DNA of 64,000 nucleotides, from assembly GCA_038816475.1 (NCBI GenBank), contig JAWBAI010000005.1:17566-81565 (forward strand). The letters are read 5' to 3'. Positions 9,221 through 20,290 of the stretch are shown one piece after another. This DNA is from Desulfurococcaceae archaeon. Lineage in GTDB: Archaea; Thermoproteota; Thermoprotei_A; Sulfolobales; Desulfurococcaceae. The position numbers and the translations under genes are program-made. Numbering within the stretch: position 1 is the first letter of the stretch; every line of letters begins with the position of its first letter. Under the pieces are notes generated by a model. It was not told the origin of the DNA. It did no database searches and worked only from the letters and a program-made list of their open reading frames with translations.

Positions 9221-10225
9221 TTGTTGCACATCGAACGGCACTGCTCAACGCTGGTTGAACTGCAGGTGAGTTTTGACGTGAAGTGCTACGTTACGTGGAA
9301 CGAAGGTCTTCAACGTAGAGGTGTTATTAGTGTTGTTGACTGCGTTCCAGGAGAGCTCGTGGAAGTCGCGGATGTTGATACACTGGCTTACACTGTACGT
9401 GGAATTGTGGGAAAAGTCTTTACGGGACTAGAGAGCTCCAGTGTAACATTTGATTCGAATGAACCCATAGGATCAACTCACATGATCTACAGGTACCACG
9501 TGAACATAACTGGTGATAGATACATTGGTGTTCGCGCTGTAGTCTATGGGAAAACGCTGGTAAGATTGCTCTTCACGGTTCCGAGCGGAGTCGGTGTTGA
9601 ACTAGGGTTTAAGCCTGAACAGTACACTGCTGAAAAAGAGCTTGAAGCCGGTGGACCACCTCGGGAAATCACGGTTGCTCCTGGTCAAGTCTACGTGGAT
9701 TACCCCGTAGTCTACAGTATTTTTGGGCTTCCACAGGTTGACGTATCCAAGTGGATGTTGTCAATTGAGGGTGAAGTTGATAAACCTTTGAAGTTAAGCC
9801 TTCTAGACCTGTATGAAATGGGTTTAGACGAGATCATCGTGGATTTCCACTGTGTAACTGGATGGAGCGTTAGAGGACTTGTTTTCACGGGTGTAAAACT
9901 GAAGAAGATACTTGAAGCATCGAAGATTAAGCCGTCAGCTAAGTGGATTTACGTTGAATCTCTGGATGGCTACACAACGGTTTTGCCGATTGAGGAGGCA
10001 TTCGACGAGAAAGCACTTATAGCGCTGGAGATGAACAGGAAGCCTCTTAGTATTCATCACGGATACCCAGCTAGGCTACTAATACCGAGGCTATATGGCT
10101 GGAAGAGTGCAAAGTGGGTTTACAAGTTGCATCTGATGAGCAAGTACAGAGACGGCTACTGGGAGTCACTTGGTTATCATCCGAGGGGTAGAGTGGACTT
10201 AGAGGAGAGGTTTAAGAAAGCGTAG
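9221..10225 (+). CDS. Sulfite oxidase-like molybdopterin oxidoreductase with N-terminal extra domain
   Basis: DFHCVTGWS and HGYPARLLIPRLYGWKSAKWV, GYWE..GYH. Confidence 0.9.
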   Translation: MLHIERHCSTLVELQVSFDVKCYVTWNEGLQRRGVISVVDCVPGELVEVADVDTLAYTVRGIVGKVFTGLESSSVTFDSNEPIGSTHMIYRYHVNITGDRYIGVRAVVYGKTLVRLLFTVPSGVGVELGFKPEQYTAEKELEAGGPPREITVAPGQVYVDYPVVYSIFGLPQVDVSKWMLSIEGEVDKPLKLSLLDLYEMGLDEIIVDFHCVTGWSVRGLVFTGVKLKKILEASKIKPSAKWIYVESLDGYTTVLPIEEAFDEKALIALEMNRKPLSIHHGYPARLLIPRLYGWKSAKWVYKLHLMSKYRDGYWESLGYHPRGRVDLEERFKKA

Positions 10226-10261
10226 AGAGCGAACACGCATTTATCGTCCACGGTATTTACC

Positions 10262-11599
10262 ATGAGCACGTGGTTTAAGTCGAGAGCTGACAGCGAAATC
10301 CTAGAATCGCTGAAAGTTTCACTACCACTTGTTGTTGTTCAACTCATTGAATCCATCTACAGTCTAACAGACACGTACTTCGTAGGTGGACTTGGTAGAG
10401 AAGCCTTAGCTGGTGTAGGAGTGGCTGGTTACCTTACATGGCTTATAGGAGTTCTAATAGCTGTTTTTCAAGCTCCAATAAGCATACTTGCAGCTCAGCT
10501 CGTGGGTGCTGATAAGCGTCTGGAGGCTTCAGCTACAGCTGGAACAATACTACTGGTTGGTGTAGCGTATTCAGCTCTCATCTCCGCTGTTCTCTACGTG
10601 TTTGTTGAAGAACTTGTCTACGTTCAGTCGGGTGCATCCGGATTAATGTTCAAGTACGCTGTAGACTACCTTAGAGTAAGAATCCTAGGTTTCACGGTAC
10701 TTGCGGTAGCAATGATGCTGGACTCCGTAATAGTGGCTTCAGGGAGAACGAAGTACTCCATGATAGCTCATGCAATTGGTGTACTCCTGAACATAGCGCT
10801 AGATCCAATTCTGATCTACGGTTTGTACGGTTTCCCGAAACTAGAAACAGCGGGTGCGGCTCTAGCAACCGTAGTAGCGAGCACGGTTGCAATACCTGTT
10901 CAACTGCTTCTCCTCTCAAAGCTCGATCTTCTACCAAGGTTCTGCCTTAAGCTGAGTACTGTAAAGCAGGCTCTCTCTCTGGGTGCACCTGTGTTAGCCG
11001 AGAGAGCTGTAATGGCATTCGGGAACAACGCATACGCGGGAGTAATCTCAAGGCTTGGAGAAGCGGCAATGGCTGCTCACAACATTGGTTTAAGAATAGA
11101 GAGCGTAGTGTACATGCCTGGCTTTGCTTTCATGATGACTGCATCAACATTGGTTGGTCAAAGAGTTGGCAGAGGAGACCTTGAAGCGGCAAGGAGAATT
11201 GGGCTTAAGGTCGTACACCTAGGTTCAACTGTTATGGCTGGTCTCGGTTTAATGATCGCTGCCCTCGGCTACTACCTGGTAGCACCGTTTTCACCGGATC
11301 ACGATGTGAGAGTACTAGCATCAACGTACCTCCTTCTCGCTGGGTTAAGCGAGCTTGGACTTGGACTAGCCATGGTTTCAAGTGGTGCTATTAGAGGTGG
11401 AGGAGAAACGAGACTACCCTTTCTTGTTAACACGGTATCAATGATCCTCGCCAGAGTAGTACCAGCAGTAGTTCTAGCCAGGGTTCTGGGGGTTGTTGGA
11501 CCCTGGTTAGCCATGTTCGTTGACGTCTACGTGAGGGGTTTCACTCTCTACGCTTTGTTCAGGCTGAGGTTCGAGAAGATTGCGAGAAAACTCGCATAG
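10262..11599 (+). CDS. MATE family efflux transporter
   Basis: DTYFVGGLG, NIALDPILIYG, GAALAT, ~12 TM helices. Confidence 0.93.
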   Translation: MSTWFKSRADSEILESLKVSLPLVVVQLIESIYSLTDTYFVGGLGREALAGVGVAGYLTWLIGVLIAVFQAPISILAAQLVGADKRLEASATAGTILLVGVAYSALISAVLYVFVEELVYVQSGASGLMFKYAVDYLRVRILGFTVLAVAMMLDSVIVASGRTKYSMIAHAIGVLLNIALDPILIYGLYGFPKLETAGAALATVVASTVAIPVQLLLLSKLDLLPRFCLKLSTVKQALSLGAPVLAERAVMAFGNNAYAGVISRLGEAAMAAHNIGLRIESVVYMPGFAFMMTASTLVGQRVGRGDLEAARRIGLKVVHLGSTVMAGLGLMIAALGYYLVAPFSPDHDVRVLASTYLLLAGLSELGLGLAMVSSGAIRGGGETRLPFLVNTVSMILARVVPAVVLARVLGVVGPWLAMFVDVYVRGFTLYALFRLRFEKIARKLA

Positions 11600-11600
11600 C

Positions 11601-12266
11601 TTACTCGGTTAGCTCTCTCCATATGTCATCCCTGATTCTCCTGTACTTCAAGTAGTACTCGAGTCCATCAGCTAGTAGGGGTTTTCCGTTCACGATGGGA
11701 TATCTGAAGGGTAAATAAACCTCGCCGTGTTCTGCTTGCACTGTTACACCATCGACGTAGATGAAACCTTCTGTCCCCTTATGCTTCAGCACGTAGTTCA
11801 CGTAGAAGACAGCACCATCAATACTGTACTGACCATCACCAATATTGAACGATCTAACGCAGGCTGGCACCCTGCTCGTTATGTACTCCCAGGTTCTACC
11901 TCGTGGAGGATGGTCACCTAGAATACCTCCAACGACGACGTAACCTGCTGAAGCAAGATCCTCGTACGTTAACGACCTCGAAGCCTTTGGGTCCAGAACA
12001 ATTACCACGCTGGGATCTATGGCTCCAGTTCTAACAAGGTCTATTACACTCTCGGATTTCACAAGACCATACTTTGATAGCAACCTGTGGTATCTTGAGG
12101 GGACATTTGTATACCAGACGTAGCTTCTACCGTAGATCAAAGAGACGTGCCTGTACTCCAGTATAAGCCAAGGTGTAATCTCGGGTTCGCAGTGCTCTAC
12201 GATTAAAATGGGCTTCCATGGTAAGTCAGCTTCACCAGTTAACTGGGCTTTGTTCATTGAAATCAC
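11601..12266 (-). CDS. SPOUT-family methyltransferase (Sfm1/Trm10-like)
   Basis: WLILEY, VLDPKA, VVGGILGDHPPRGRT, QYSIDGA. Confidence 0.85.
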   Translation of the reverse strand: MISMNKAQLTGEADLPWKPILIVEHCEPEITPWLILEYRHVSLIYGRSYVWYTNVPSRYHRLLSKYGLVKSESVIDLVRTGAIDPSVVIVLDPKASRSLTYEDLASAGYVVVGGILGDHPPRGRTWEYITSRVPACVRSFNIGDGQYSIDGAVFYVNYVLKHKGTEGFIYVDGVTVQAEHGEVYLPFRYPIVNGKPLLADGLEYYLKYRRIRDDIWRELTE

Positions 12267-12345
12267 GCACTTGCACCGTTATGTACGAGTAAACCATCCG
12301 GTAAACTATTTTTCTTCAGCAATCGAAATCTTAAACAGGGGTTAC

Positions 12346-13704
12346 ATGAGTTCTAGTGAGGTGGGTAAACTCGAAGAGTTCATTCTCAAAAAGCTTTCCA
12401 AGTACAGAATGCCAAGCCTGGTTATTGCTTTATCTAAGCGGGGAGAGCTTGTTTACCAGCGTTGCTTTGGGTTTAAAGACGTGGAATCCTCGTTGCCTCC
12501 TACTCCGAGAACAAACTACGGTATAGGCTCTGTTACCAAAGCTTTCACAGCACTAGCTATTATGCAGTTGCAGGAGAGAGGACTTCTCAGCGTTGATGAC
12601 CCTGTGAACAAGTACGTGGATATCTTTAAGACTAATGAGGTAAGAATACACCATCTACTAACGCACACGTCCGGTATACCCGCGTTAGGCTACGCTGAAG
12701 CCTTAATTGACAGCTACTACGAGCTTGGTGGACCATGGCTACCCGTATCGAATCCAGATGACGTTCTCGTCTACATGAGAAGCTACGAGTCGTGGATAAC
12801 CTTCAAACCTGGTGAACGATGGTTCTACCTGAACGAGGGCTACGTGGTTCTCGGGAAGATCATCGAAAAGGCTACTGGTTTAAAGTACGAGGACTACGTG
12901 AAGAAGAACATCCTTGAGCCGATCGGAATGGACAAGTCTTACTTCACGAGAGAAGAGTATGTAAAGGACCCGGACAAGGCAACACCCTACAAAGTTCAGG
13001 ACAACAAGCTGGTCAGAGCAGAGCCTGTTTTCGGTATTAGTGCTGATGGAGGGCTATTCAGCAACGTTGTTGATTTGCTGAAGTTCACTGATACCTTGAT
13101 CAACAGGGGTTCACGCTGCGGAGTAAGCATTGTGGGCAGGGAGAGCGTTGAGCTTATGGAGAAACCGCACGTGAAGCTACCATACGAATCGCCCACGAGC
13201 AGGTACTACGGCTACGGACTCATAGTTCACGACGACTTCCACGGTAGAAAGCTCGTTGGTCACAGCGGGTCGGTGTACGTTTACACAGCCTACCTGGGCT
13301 ACCTCCCCAGCGAAGGAGTAGCTGTCGCTGTACTATCGAACTCCAGCGGTTATCCACTATCGCTGATCGGAGCGTACGCTTTAACCCTTGAGCTCGGCTA
13401 CAACCCCGATGAGAAGCTGAACTTCGTTAAGGTTGAAAAGGTTCTGGAAAGAATCGAGGGGGCATACGCGGGTTACATGAACTCTGTTCAGCTCAGGGTG
13501 AAGGCAACAGGTGGTTCACTCTTAATCGAAGATCCCTACAGGAAAACTCAGATTCCAGCATTCCCCGAGAGGATCGAGGACAACTACGCTCTCTACTACG
13601 TGCACGGAGTCACGTACAAACTTCCCGTTGAGTTCTACATAGATGCCAGTGGAGTAACCATGGTTTACGAGAGGTACGTATTGAGAAAGATAGGTTCTTC
13701 CTAG
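12346..13704 (+). CDS. Serine hydrolase, beta-lactamase class C / Pab87-like peptidase
   Basis: SVTK (SxxK), LLTHTSG, YLN, HSG; likely start ATG 12346, since the ORF-track start 12208 overlaps the neighbouring gene. Confidence 0.9.
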   Translation: MSSSEVGKLEEFILKKLSKYRMPSLVIALSKRGELVYQRCFGFKDVESSLPPTPRTNYGIGSVTKAFTALAIMQLQERGLLSVDDPVNKYVDIFKTNEVRIHHLLTHTSGIPALGYAEALIDSYYELGGPWLPVSNPDDVLVYMRSYESWITFKPGERWFYLNEGYVVLGKIIEKATGLKYEDYVKKNILEPIGMDKSYFTREEYVKDPDKATPYKVQDNKLVRAEPVFGISADGGLFSNVVDLLKFTDTLINRGSRCGVSIVGRESVELMEKPHVKLPYESPTSRYYGYGLIVHDDFHGRKLVGHSGSVYVYTAYLGYLPSEGVAVAVLSNSSGYPLSLIGAYALTLELGYNPDEKLNFVKVEKVLERIEGAYAGYMNSVQLRVKATGGSLLIEDPYRKTQIPAFPERIEDNYALYYVHGVTYKLPVEFYIDASGVTMVYERYVLRKIGSS

Positions 13705-13719
13705 TAAGCACAGCCTTTT

Positions 13720-14454
13720 TTACTCTCTGCTAGGCCTACCCTCGCTCTCCACCATTCTCTTGAGTAGTTCAAGTGCTTCGTACATGTCTTTTACCACCGT
13801 TAAACCGGCTACGTTTCTGCAGGCTTCCAATGAACCTTTGCTTCGTGCGAGGAGCATGGGCTTCATGCCGGCTAATACAGCTCCTAGTGCGTCTCTAATG
13901 CAACTATCACCTATGTGAACAGCCTCCGAGGGTTCTGCTTGAACAGCTCTCAGTGCTACGTGGAATATGGCGGGGTTAGGCTTCATCAAGCCTAGGTCAG
14001 CTGAAGACGCAATGTAGTCAAACATGTTGCATAAACCGGCATTGCAGAGGATTCTTTCAACGGCTTTAGCGGAGAAGGAGGTGTTGGTAACAACGACGAT
14101 CTTTAAACCAGCTCTTCTCGCGAACGTCAGTAGTTCGCGTGCACCAGGGACGAGAACTGGTGTGTAGACGTATGATGCTTCCTCATACTCCTGAACAGCT
14201 TTCTCCACCACCGGGTCATCCGGTCGGTAGCCCACCAGCAGTGCGATCATCTTAGCGAAAACCCTTGGTGGAATAACTCCCTTGTACTCTAAAACTCTCT
14301 TGTAGACTTCTAGGATATCGCTGAATGTAACTTCTCCTGATCCACCGAGAGCCCTCTGGAGAGCCTCAAGCTTCATGAGTGTGTATGACTCGAAGGGACC
14401 ACGTTCTCTGCGTACTATGGTGTCCCAGAGATCGATCGATAGAACCCTGATCAA
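13720..14454 (-). CDS. HAD-superfamily hydrolase
   Basis: DLWDT motif I, VTNT, KPNP, HIGDSCIRD. Confidence 0.9.
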   Translation of the reverse strand: MIRVLSIDLWDTIVRRERGPFESYTLMKLEALQRALGGSGEVTFSDILEVYKRVLEYKGVIPPRVFAKMIALLVGYRPDDPVVEKAVQEYEEASYVYTPVLVPGARELLTFARRAGLKIVVVTNTSFSAKAVERILCNAGLCNMFDYIASSADLGLMKPNPAIFHVALRAVQAEPSEAVHIGDSCIRDALGAVLAGMKPMLLARSKGSLEACRNVAGLTVVKDMYEALELLKRMVESEGRPSRE

Positions 14455-14816
14455 GTCTTTACACCCAGGTGTGTGAACACCTCGTGTAGTAGTATAGCCG
14501 TTAAAAGCCAGGTAGCGTAGAATGTTCCAAGTCCTCTAAGGTACAACTGGAAACGGCTCAGAGGCCTGTACTTTACGGCTACGTATATAACTGTCGAATA
14601 GTACACCAGGACTGATGCTAGCCACGAGTTGATGGAAAGGGTAATCGGGTTCACGAAGAACGAGAGTAAAAACACGGATAAACCGAAAACCAGCCCCGTG
14701 GTGAACCTTATCAATACGATCTTGTCTTCAACACTGAGACTACTCCATGATAATTTTATCAAGTGCAGGTCCCTTGGTATTAAGAAGCCAGGATATGAAA
14801 TAAATACTGGGCGCAT
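14451..14816 (-). CDS. Hypothetical membrane protein (3 TM)
   Basis: Hydrophobic ORF whose stop overlaps the start of the HAD gene. Confidence 0.6.
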   Translation of the reverse strand: MRPVFISYPGFLIPRDLHLIKLSWSSLSVEDKIVLIRFTTGLVFGLSVFLLSFFVNPITLSINSWLASVLVYYSTVIYVAVKYRPLSRFQLYLRGLGTFYATWLLTAILLHEVFTHLGVKT

Positions 14817-14819
14817 GCA

Positions 14820-16826
14820 ATGCTCAAAAAGTCCATGGACATAGTAGACGTTTATGCATGGTTTGTTTCAAACGCTGATACGCTCAGAGAGTGCTTTGTG
14901 GACAACGCCTACAGGTACAAGTACGCGTGGATGCTTAAGCTAAGGTGCGCTGGCACAATCAGGCTCCTCAAGATCGAACCCGGTCAACGCGTGCACTTCT
15001 CCAGCACAGAGCCAGGTGAGAAAGGAGTGGACAGGTTTGCTCAGTTCATCAGAGCGCATTTACGTGATGGTAAAGTAGTAGAGCTCAGCATGCCGTGGTG
15101 GGAGAGAATACTAGTTATCAACGTTCTGCGTGGCAAAACCAGGCTCAGAAACTACGTTGAGCTTGTACCAAGGGGGCTCTGGGTTGTAACAAGTACTGAT
15201 GACAAGGTACTCTACGCTTCGAGGTTCGAGATGTTCAGGGACAGAGCTGTTAAACCCGGTTTGCACTACAAACCACCACCTCCACGTGGAATACCTCCGT
15301 GGGATGAAGCAAAGCTTCTCGAGTCTCTGCTGGAGGACAGAGAGATGGTCAGGAACATAGTGTACAACTGGGGATTACCCGGCTACGTAGCGGAGGAACT
15401 ACTCCTGAGAGCAGGACTCTACGAGTATAAGTCGAAGAGACCAGCAAGTGTAAGTAGAAGCGATCTCGAGAAGATTATTCAGGAGTACAAGGCTCTGCTG
15501 AAGGAGTCTGCAGAGGGTAAAGGGTACCTTGTGTACGGTTCCCAGGGGATTGAAGCCTACACACCCTACAAGCCGAGACTATTCACGGAGGTTCATGAAC
15601 TTGAGGTTAAGGAAGTAGCAAAACTCGACGAAGCACTAGACATATACTTCTCAGAGCTCGAAGCACAGCAGGAATCGCTCGATAGAGCTAAGCAGCTGGA
15701 GAAGGAGCTTGAAGCCTGGAGAAAGCGTCTAATCGAACACGAGAAGCTTGTGGAGGGGTACAGAAGGGATCTTGAAGACGTAGTTAGAGTTCTCAACTTG
15801 ATATACGAGAACTACGTGACCTTGGAGAACACTGTTGAGTGTGCTCGTAAAGCTAGAGCTGAAAGGGGATGGAGTGCTGTGAGAGAATGCGGCGTTGAAA
15901 GCTACGATGAAAAAACTGGTTTAATCGTAGTGAGAGTCTCTGGTGTTGAGCTGAAGTTCAGCGTGAGAGCGGGGTTCGCTGAGCAGGTGGTAGAGCTCGA
16001 GAGAAAGCGTGGTGAACTCGAGAAGAAGCTCGAGAGAGCACGAATCGCTCTGGAGGAGCTGAAGAAGAAGAGCCTGGAGCTGGAGAAGGAGCTTTCCATA
16101 AAAGTCTACACTAAGCCCTCACCAAGGTACTGGTACGAGAAGTACAGGTGGAGCATTACAAGAAACGGGTTCCTCGTGGTAGCCGGTAGAGATGCTTCAC
16201 AGAACGAGTCTCTCGTGAGGAAGTACCTCAGAGATGACTACTACTTTCTTCACGCAGATATACATGGTGCTCCTGCAACAGTGGTTATCAAGCACTCTGG
16301 TGAACCATCGCGTGAAGACCTGGAGGACGCAGCTGTAATAGCTGCATGCTACTCTAGAGCATGGAAAGCCGGGTTCAGCTACGTAGAAGTCTACTGGGTT
16401 CACGGGAAACAGGTTTCCAAAACGCCACCTGCAGGCGAATACCTTGGTAAAGGAGCTTTTATGGTGTACGGTGAGAGACACTACATCACAGTCCCACTGA
16501 GGCTAGGTGTAGGTCTTAGGGTTTTCTGTGACCCTACTTACGGAGATTACGTAAAGGTTTTCGCGGGAAATCCGAGCGTTGTAAAAGAAACATCACTATC
16601 TTACGTGGTTCTTGTACCCGGCGATGAGGAGTCTAGCAGAGTCGCCGAGGAGGTTGCAAGACTTCTCTCAGAGCTCGCATCCAGGAAGTCCAAAGTAAGG
16701 TTCAACATCAAGGCAGAGCATGTACTCGAAGTTTTACCAGGCCCCTCTCGGATCGCAGAGTATGGAGAAGGGCTTGGAGAAGCATTCTGCGAGGAAACCG
16801 ATAACCGGGAGGAAGCCCTAGAGTAA
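14820..16826 (+). CDS. rqcH: Ribosome rescue protein RqcH/Rqc2 (NEMF/NFACT family)
   Basis: NFACT-N (KKSMDIVD, ELVPRG), coiled coil, WYEKYRW, GRDASQNE, HADIHGAP, QVSKTPPAGEYL. Confidence 0.93.
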   Translation: MLKKSMDIVDVYAWFVSNADTLRECFVDNAYRYKYAWMLKLRCAGTIRLLKIEPGQRVHFSSTEPGEKGVDRFAQFIRAHLRDGKVVELSMPWWERILVINVLRGKTRLRNYVELVPRGLWVVTSTDDKVLYASRFEMFRDRAVKPGLHYKPPPPRGIPPWDEAKLLESLLEDREMVRNIVYNWGLPGYVAEELLLRAGLYEYKSKRPASVSRSDLEKIIQEYKALLKESAEGKGYLVYGSQGIEAYTPYKPRLFTEVHELEVKEVAKLDEALDIYFSELEAQQESLDRAKQLEKELEAWRKRLIEHEKLVEGYRRDLEDVVRVLNLIYENYVTLENTVECARKARAERGWSAVRECGVESYDEKTGLIVVRVSGVELKFSVRAGFAEQVVELERKRGELEKKLERARIALEELKKKSLELEKELSIKVYTKPSPRYWYEKYRWSITRNGFLVVAGRDASQNESLVRKYLRDDYYFLHADIHGAPATVVIKHSGEPSREDLEDAAVIAACYSRAWKAGFSYVEVYWVHGKQVSKTPPAGEYLGKGAFMVYGERHYITVPLRLGVGLRVFCDPTYGDYVKVFAGNPSVVKETSLSYVVLVPGDEESSRVAEEVARLLSELASRKSKVRFNIKAEHVLEVLPGPSRIAEYGEGLGEAFCEETDNREEALE

Positions 16827-17066
16827 CATGGCGCTTCGTAGAGATTGAAGCGTTTACCAGGGTATCTGCACGATTCCTCTCGCCTAGACGAGTTTGCGTA
16901 GGATTAACATACAGGGGAACATTTGCAACGTTAACCTCTTTGATTACTTTGATTACATCGTTAAAATAATGGCTGAAGGATGCGTAGAGGCCCCTGATTT
17001 AAGTTTAAAAACTTTAAATAAAAATCCCCAATAAGAGAGAACTCGTACAGTTGTGGTGTTTTAGCG

Positions 17067-18305
17067 GTGGGGGTTTCGAGAAACATAGAAGTTGAGCTTT
17101 TGAGAATGCAGAGCGTTAGGCATATGCGAGTTGAACTTGTTGAGAGAAAGGGTCTAGGGCACCCGGACTACATAGCGGACTCTGCTAGCGAAGCTGCTTC
17201 TAGAGCGCTCTGCAAGTATTACCTCAAGGAGTTCGGTACAATACTGCATCATAACCTTGATAAAACGCTTCTCGTGGGTGGACAAGCTAGTCCTCGGTTT
17301 GGTGGCGGTGAAGTGCTTGAACCCATATACATAGTAGTAGCTGGTAGAGCTGCAACAGAGGTGAGATTAGGGGGAGCAATGTACAGTGTACCCTACGGTA
17401 AGCTGATCGTTGAAGCGGTTAAGGACTGGATTAGAAAGAACTTCAGGTACCTGGATCCGGATACCCACGTAATTGTTGACTACAAGGTTAGAAAAGGTAG
17501 TGCTGATCTCGTCGCGGTGTTCGAAGCTGGTAAAGAAGCTGTACCATTGGCGAACGACACCAGTATGGGTGTTGGTTACGCTCCACTAACTGTTCTCGAG
17601 AAGCTCGTTTACGAAACTGAGAGGTTGCTCAACAGCAAGGAGTTCAAGAAGAAGCATGCAGCTGTAGGAGAAGACGTGAAAGTTATGGGGTTGAGAAGAG
17701 ACAAGCAAGTAGTACTAACGGTTGCAGCAGCGATCATAGACAGAGAGGTTAGAGACAAGTACGAGTACATGAAGGTAAAGGAGGATATCGTTGAAGAAGT
17801 TGAAGCCCTTGCTCACAGCATAGCACCAGAGTACGATGTCAAGATATACGTAAACACTGCAGATATACCGGAGAGAGACAGCTTCTACTTGACCGTTACA
17901 GGGACATCGGCTGAGCACGGAGACGATGGTGCAACTGGTAGAGGCAATAGAGCAAACGGTTTAATAACACCTATGAGACCTGTAAGCATCGAGGCAACAG
18001 CAGGCAAAAACCCGGTGAACCACGTGGGGAAGATATACAACGTCCTCGCAAAGCTCATTGCCGAGAAGGTGTACGCTGAGCACAGCGATCTCTTCGAGGA
18101 CGTCTACGTTGAGCTTTTGAGTCAAATAGGTAAACCCATAGATAAGCCACTGATAGCAAGCGTAAAGCTTGTTCCCAGAGACATGAGCATACTCGAAATA
18201 CCAGGTCACGTGAAGAGCGATATTACAGGTGTTGTCGACGAGTTGCTAGCGAATATTAGGAAAACAACGGAACTTGTAATAAACGAGCAGGTATCTCTCT
18301 ACTGA
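17067..18305 (+). CDS. mat: S-adenosylmethionine synthetase (archaeal type)
   Basis: [43 protein letters not shown]. Confidence 0.97.
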   Translation: MGVSRNIEVELLRMQSVRHMRVELVERKGLGHPDYIADSASEAASRALCKYYLKEFGTILHHNLDKTLLVGGQASPRFGGGEVLEPIYIVVAGRAATEVRLGGAMYSVPYGKLIVEAVKDWIRKNFRYLDPDTHVIVDYKVRKGSADLVAVFEAGKEAVPLANDTSMGVGYAPLTVLEKLVYETERLLNSKEFKKKHAAVGEDVKVMGLRRDKQVVLTVAAAIIDREVRDKYEYMKVKEDIVEEVEALAHSIAPEYDVKIYVNTADIPERDSFYLTVTGTSAEHGDDGATGRGNRANGLITPMRPVSIEATAGKNPVNHVGKIYNVLAKLIAEKVYAEHSDLFEDVYVELLSQIGKPIDKPLIASVKLVPRDMSILEIPGHVKSDITGVVDELLANIRKTTELVINEQVSLY

Positions 18306-20185
18306 GCTCCGAGACGACGAGACTCCTGGTACTCCTTGATCATTTTTAAAATCCTTTCACGTCTTTCACGTGCTTCAACCTCTTCGATAACCCTCCACAT
18401 ATCGCGTGCTTCTCTTAGGACTTTCGATTCAACGATAACGTAGCTACCTGAATCGTAAACAACGGAGACCTCTACTACGGGTACTCTAAGGTTAATCCAG
18501 TCTATCTTCGACCCCATCGGTACTAGTATGGCTGTTTTTCTGCTCTTAGCACACTCCACGTAGAGAGAGATGTTCCTGGGGTCATCTACGTATACTGGAT
18601 ACTCGGGGCAGGTGTTGCGGGGATTCTTGATAGCAACAATGAGTTTACCAGATGCTAACTCGAGGATTAGTTCCTCTAGTTTTCTGTTCCTCTCGCTAAG
18701 GACCTCCATAGCTTTCAGCTTCTCTTCGAGAACCTTTCTGAGGTGATCTACCATAGATCTCAGTTGGTTTACTCTTCTCTCGCATTCCTCGCTGAGAGCT
18801 TTCTTTGATGCCATCTTTAACTCCAGCTCAAGACTCCTGATGACCTCGTCTTTCGACTTGATCTCCTCCTCTAGTCTTCTGATCAGGGCTTCAAGCTCTC
18901 GCTGTTTAGCTTGTAGTTTTTCAACGTCAGGACAAGGCTTCTCTCTTATCTCCTCGTAGACCGCCTCTCTAGTCCTCTTACTAGCCAGTATCCTAGCGAA
19001 GATCTCTTCGAGAACGTGCGTTAAAGGTTTACCCTTGAGTACTTCAACGACGACAACATCTCGTTCAACTCCAGCTATGTCTCTGATCTTCGATTCAACC
19101 TCCTCTATAAGCGGTCTTATGAGCTTGTACGCTTTGAGAGCAGCAGCTAAAGCATCCCCTGCGTGCACGTCCGGTAATACGATGTTGAAAACCGAGATGT
19201 ACTCGGAGATCATTCTCTGCTTTTCCTCGGTTGAAAGATCCCTGTCCGGTGCGTAGATCTGGGTGTTCGTCATCGCTGAGATCTTCTTTACGTACTCGGG
19301 CGGTTTAGCTGTGTCAACAGCGAATAGCACTGGTTTACCCTTAGACATTAAGAGCTCAATCAGCTTCTCACGGTCAGGGCTTCTCAAGCTTGTAATAAGC
19401 ACGGGTCTTCCATCGAGGTCTAATGCAGCTACTCCAATTGTAGTACCAGGGTCTATGCCAACAATAAGGGGTCTTTTGCTGGATCCGGTGGCGGGTTTTC
19501 TCAATGGTGCAGGCTTAACTACTACTCTAATGTTTCTTGATTTCACCGGTGAAACAACATTCTTAACTACCTCTGGCGGTGCGTACACGATGAATACACC
19601 TCTCTCCAGTCCACCCTCGCTCTTCTTAACCACCAGGTCGTACTCCAGCTTTGCCTCGTCAAGCTTGCTTTTCACTTCTTTGACTAGCTGCAGTATGGAA
19701 GCTCTAATACTTCTCCTAAACCTACTTGCACTAGCTCCACCCTGAACCGGTGTTCGACCCTTGGTTACAACCACGTAGGTGTACTCCGAGTGAAGCGGAA
19801 CCTCTTTTCCAAACCCTTTTGAAGCAGCATAAGCGTTTACTAGCGCTGTCTTAACGGGGTCTGTGACGTCGAATCCTAGGTTAAGGCTTTTTGCCAGCTC
19901 CTGTACGCTAATGAAACCCTCATCAGTTCTGGTAACTTCAACTAGCTTACACCATGAGGGTATTACTTTTGAAAGCTTTATGATATCCCTTCGACTTCTA
20001 GCTATCTCCTGAACACTGTCTACGGCGAGTATGTCCACGTGGTATTCAAGTATAAACCTCACGATGATGTGCAGAGGAACATCATCAAGTGCTCGGATAA
20101 CTTCATCATCTCTAAGAATAACAACAGCGTACCTAGGCTCTCTCGAACTCCTGGGCGAGTACCCTGGTTTTATATCTACACCCAT
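18299..20185 (-). CDS. DUF460-type protein (RNase H-fold nuclease domain plus coiled coil, COG2433-like)
   Basis: MGVDI, IVGIDPGTTIGVAALDLDG, DALAAALKAY, long coiled coil. Confidence 0.85.
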   Translation of the reverse strand: MGVDIKPGYSPRSSREPRYAVVILRDDEVIRALDDVPLHIIVRFILEYHVDILAVDSVQEIARSRRDIIKLSKVIPSWCKLVEVTRTDEGFISVQELAKSLNLGFDVTDPVKTALVNAYAASKGFGKEVPLHSEYTYVVVTKGRTPVQGGASASRFRRSIRASILQLVKEVKSKLDEAKLEYDLVVKKSEGGLERGVFIVYAPPEVVKNVVSPVKSRNIRVVVKPAPLRKPATGSSKRPLIVGIDPGTTIGVAALDLDGRPVLITSLRSPDREKLIELLMSKGKPVLFAVDTAKPPEYVKKISAMTNTQIYAPDRDLSTEEKQRMISEYISVFNIVLPDVHAGDALAAALKAYKLIRPLIEEVESKIRDIAGVERDVVVVEVLKGKPLTHVLEEIFARILASKRTREAVYEEIREKPCPDVEKLQAKQRELEALIRRLEEEIKSKDEVIRSLELELKMASKKALSEECERRVNQLRSMVDHLRKVLEEKLKAMEVLSERNRKLEELILELASGKLIVAIKNPRNTCPEYPVYVDDPRNISLYVECAKSRKTAILVPMGSKIDWINLRVPVVEVSVVYDSGSYVIVESKVLREARDMWRVIEEVEARERRERILKMIKEYQESRRLGAQ

Positions 20186-20290
20186 TACTGTAACGATGGA
20201 TAATTCACCAAGGTTAGAACAAACTGTTACACCTTGGTATGATAGAATACGTGGATTATAAGCGCAGATCCCGTGAACGCGATTTCATCT

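Noticed and set aside
16940-16957. TTTGATTAC tandem 9-mer and an open minus-strand frame in the rqcH-mat gap
   Set aside because: Only two copies, no convincing start codon or motif; insufficient support for a feature
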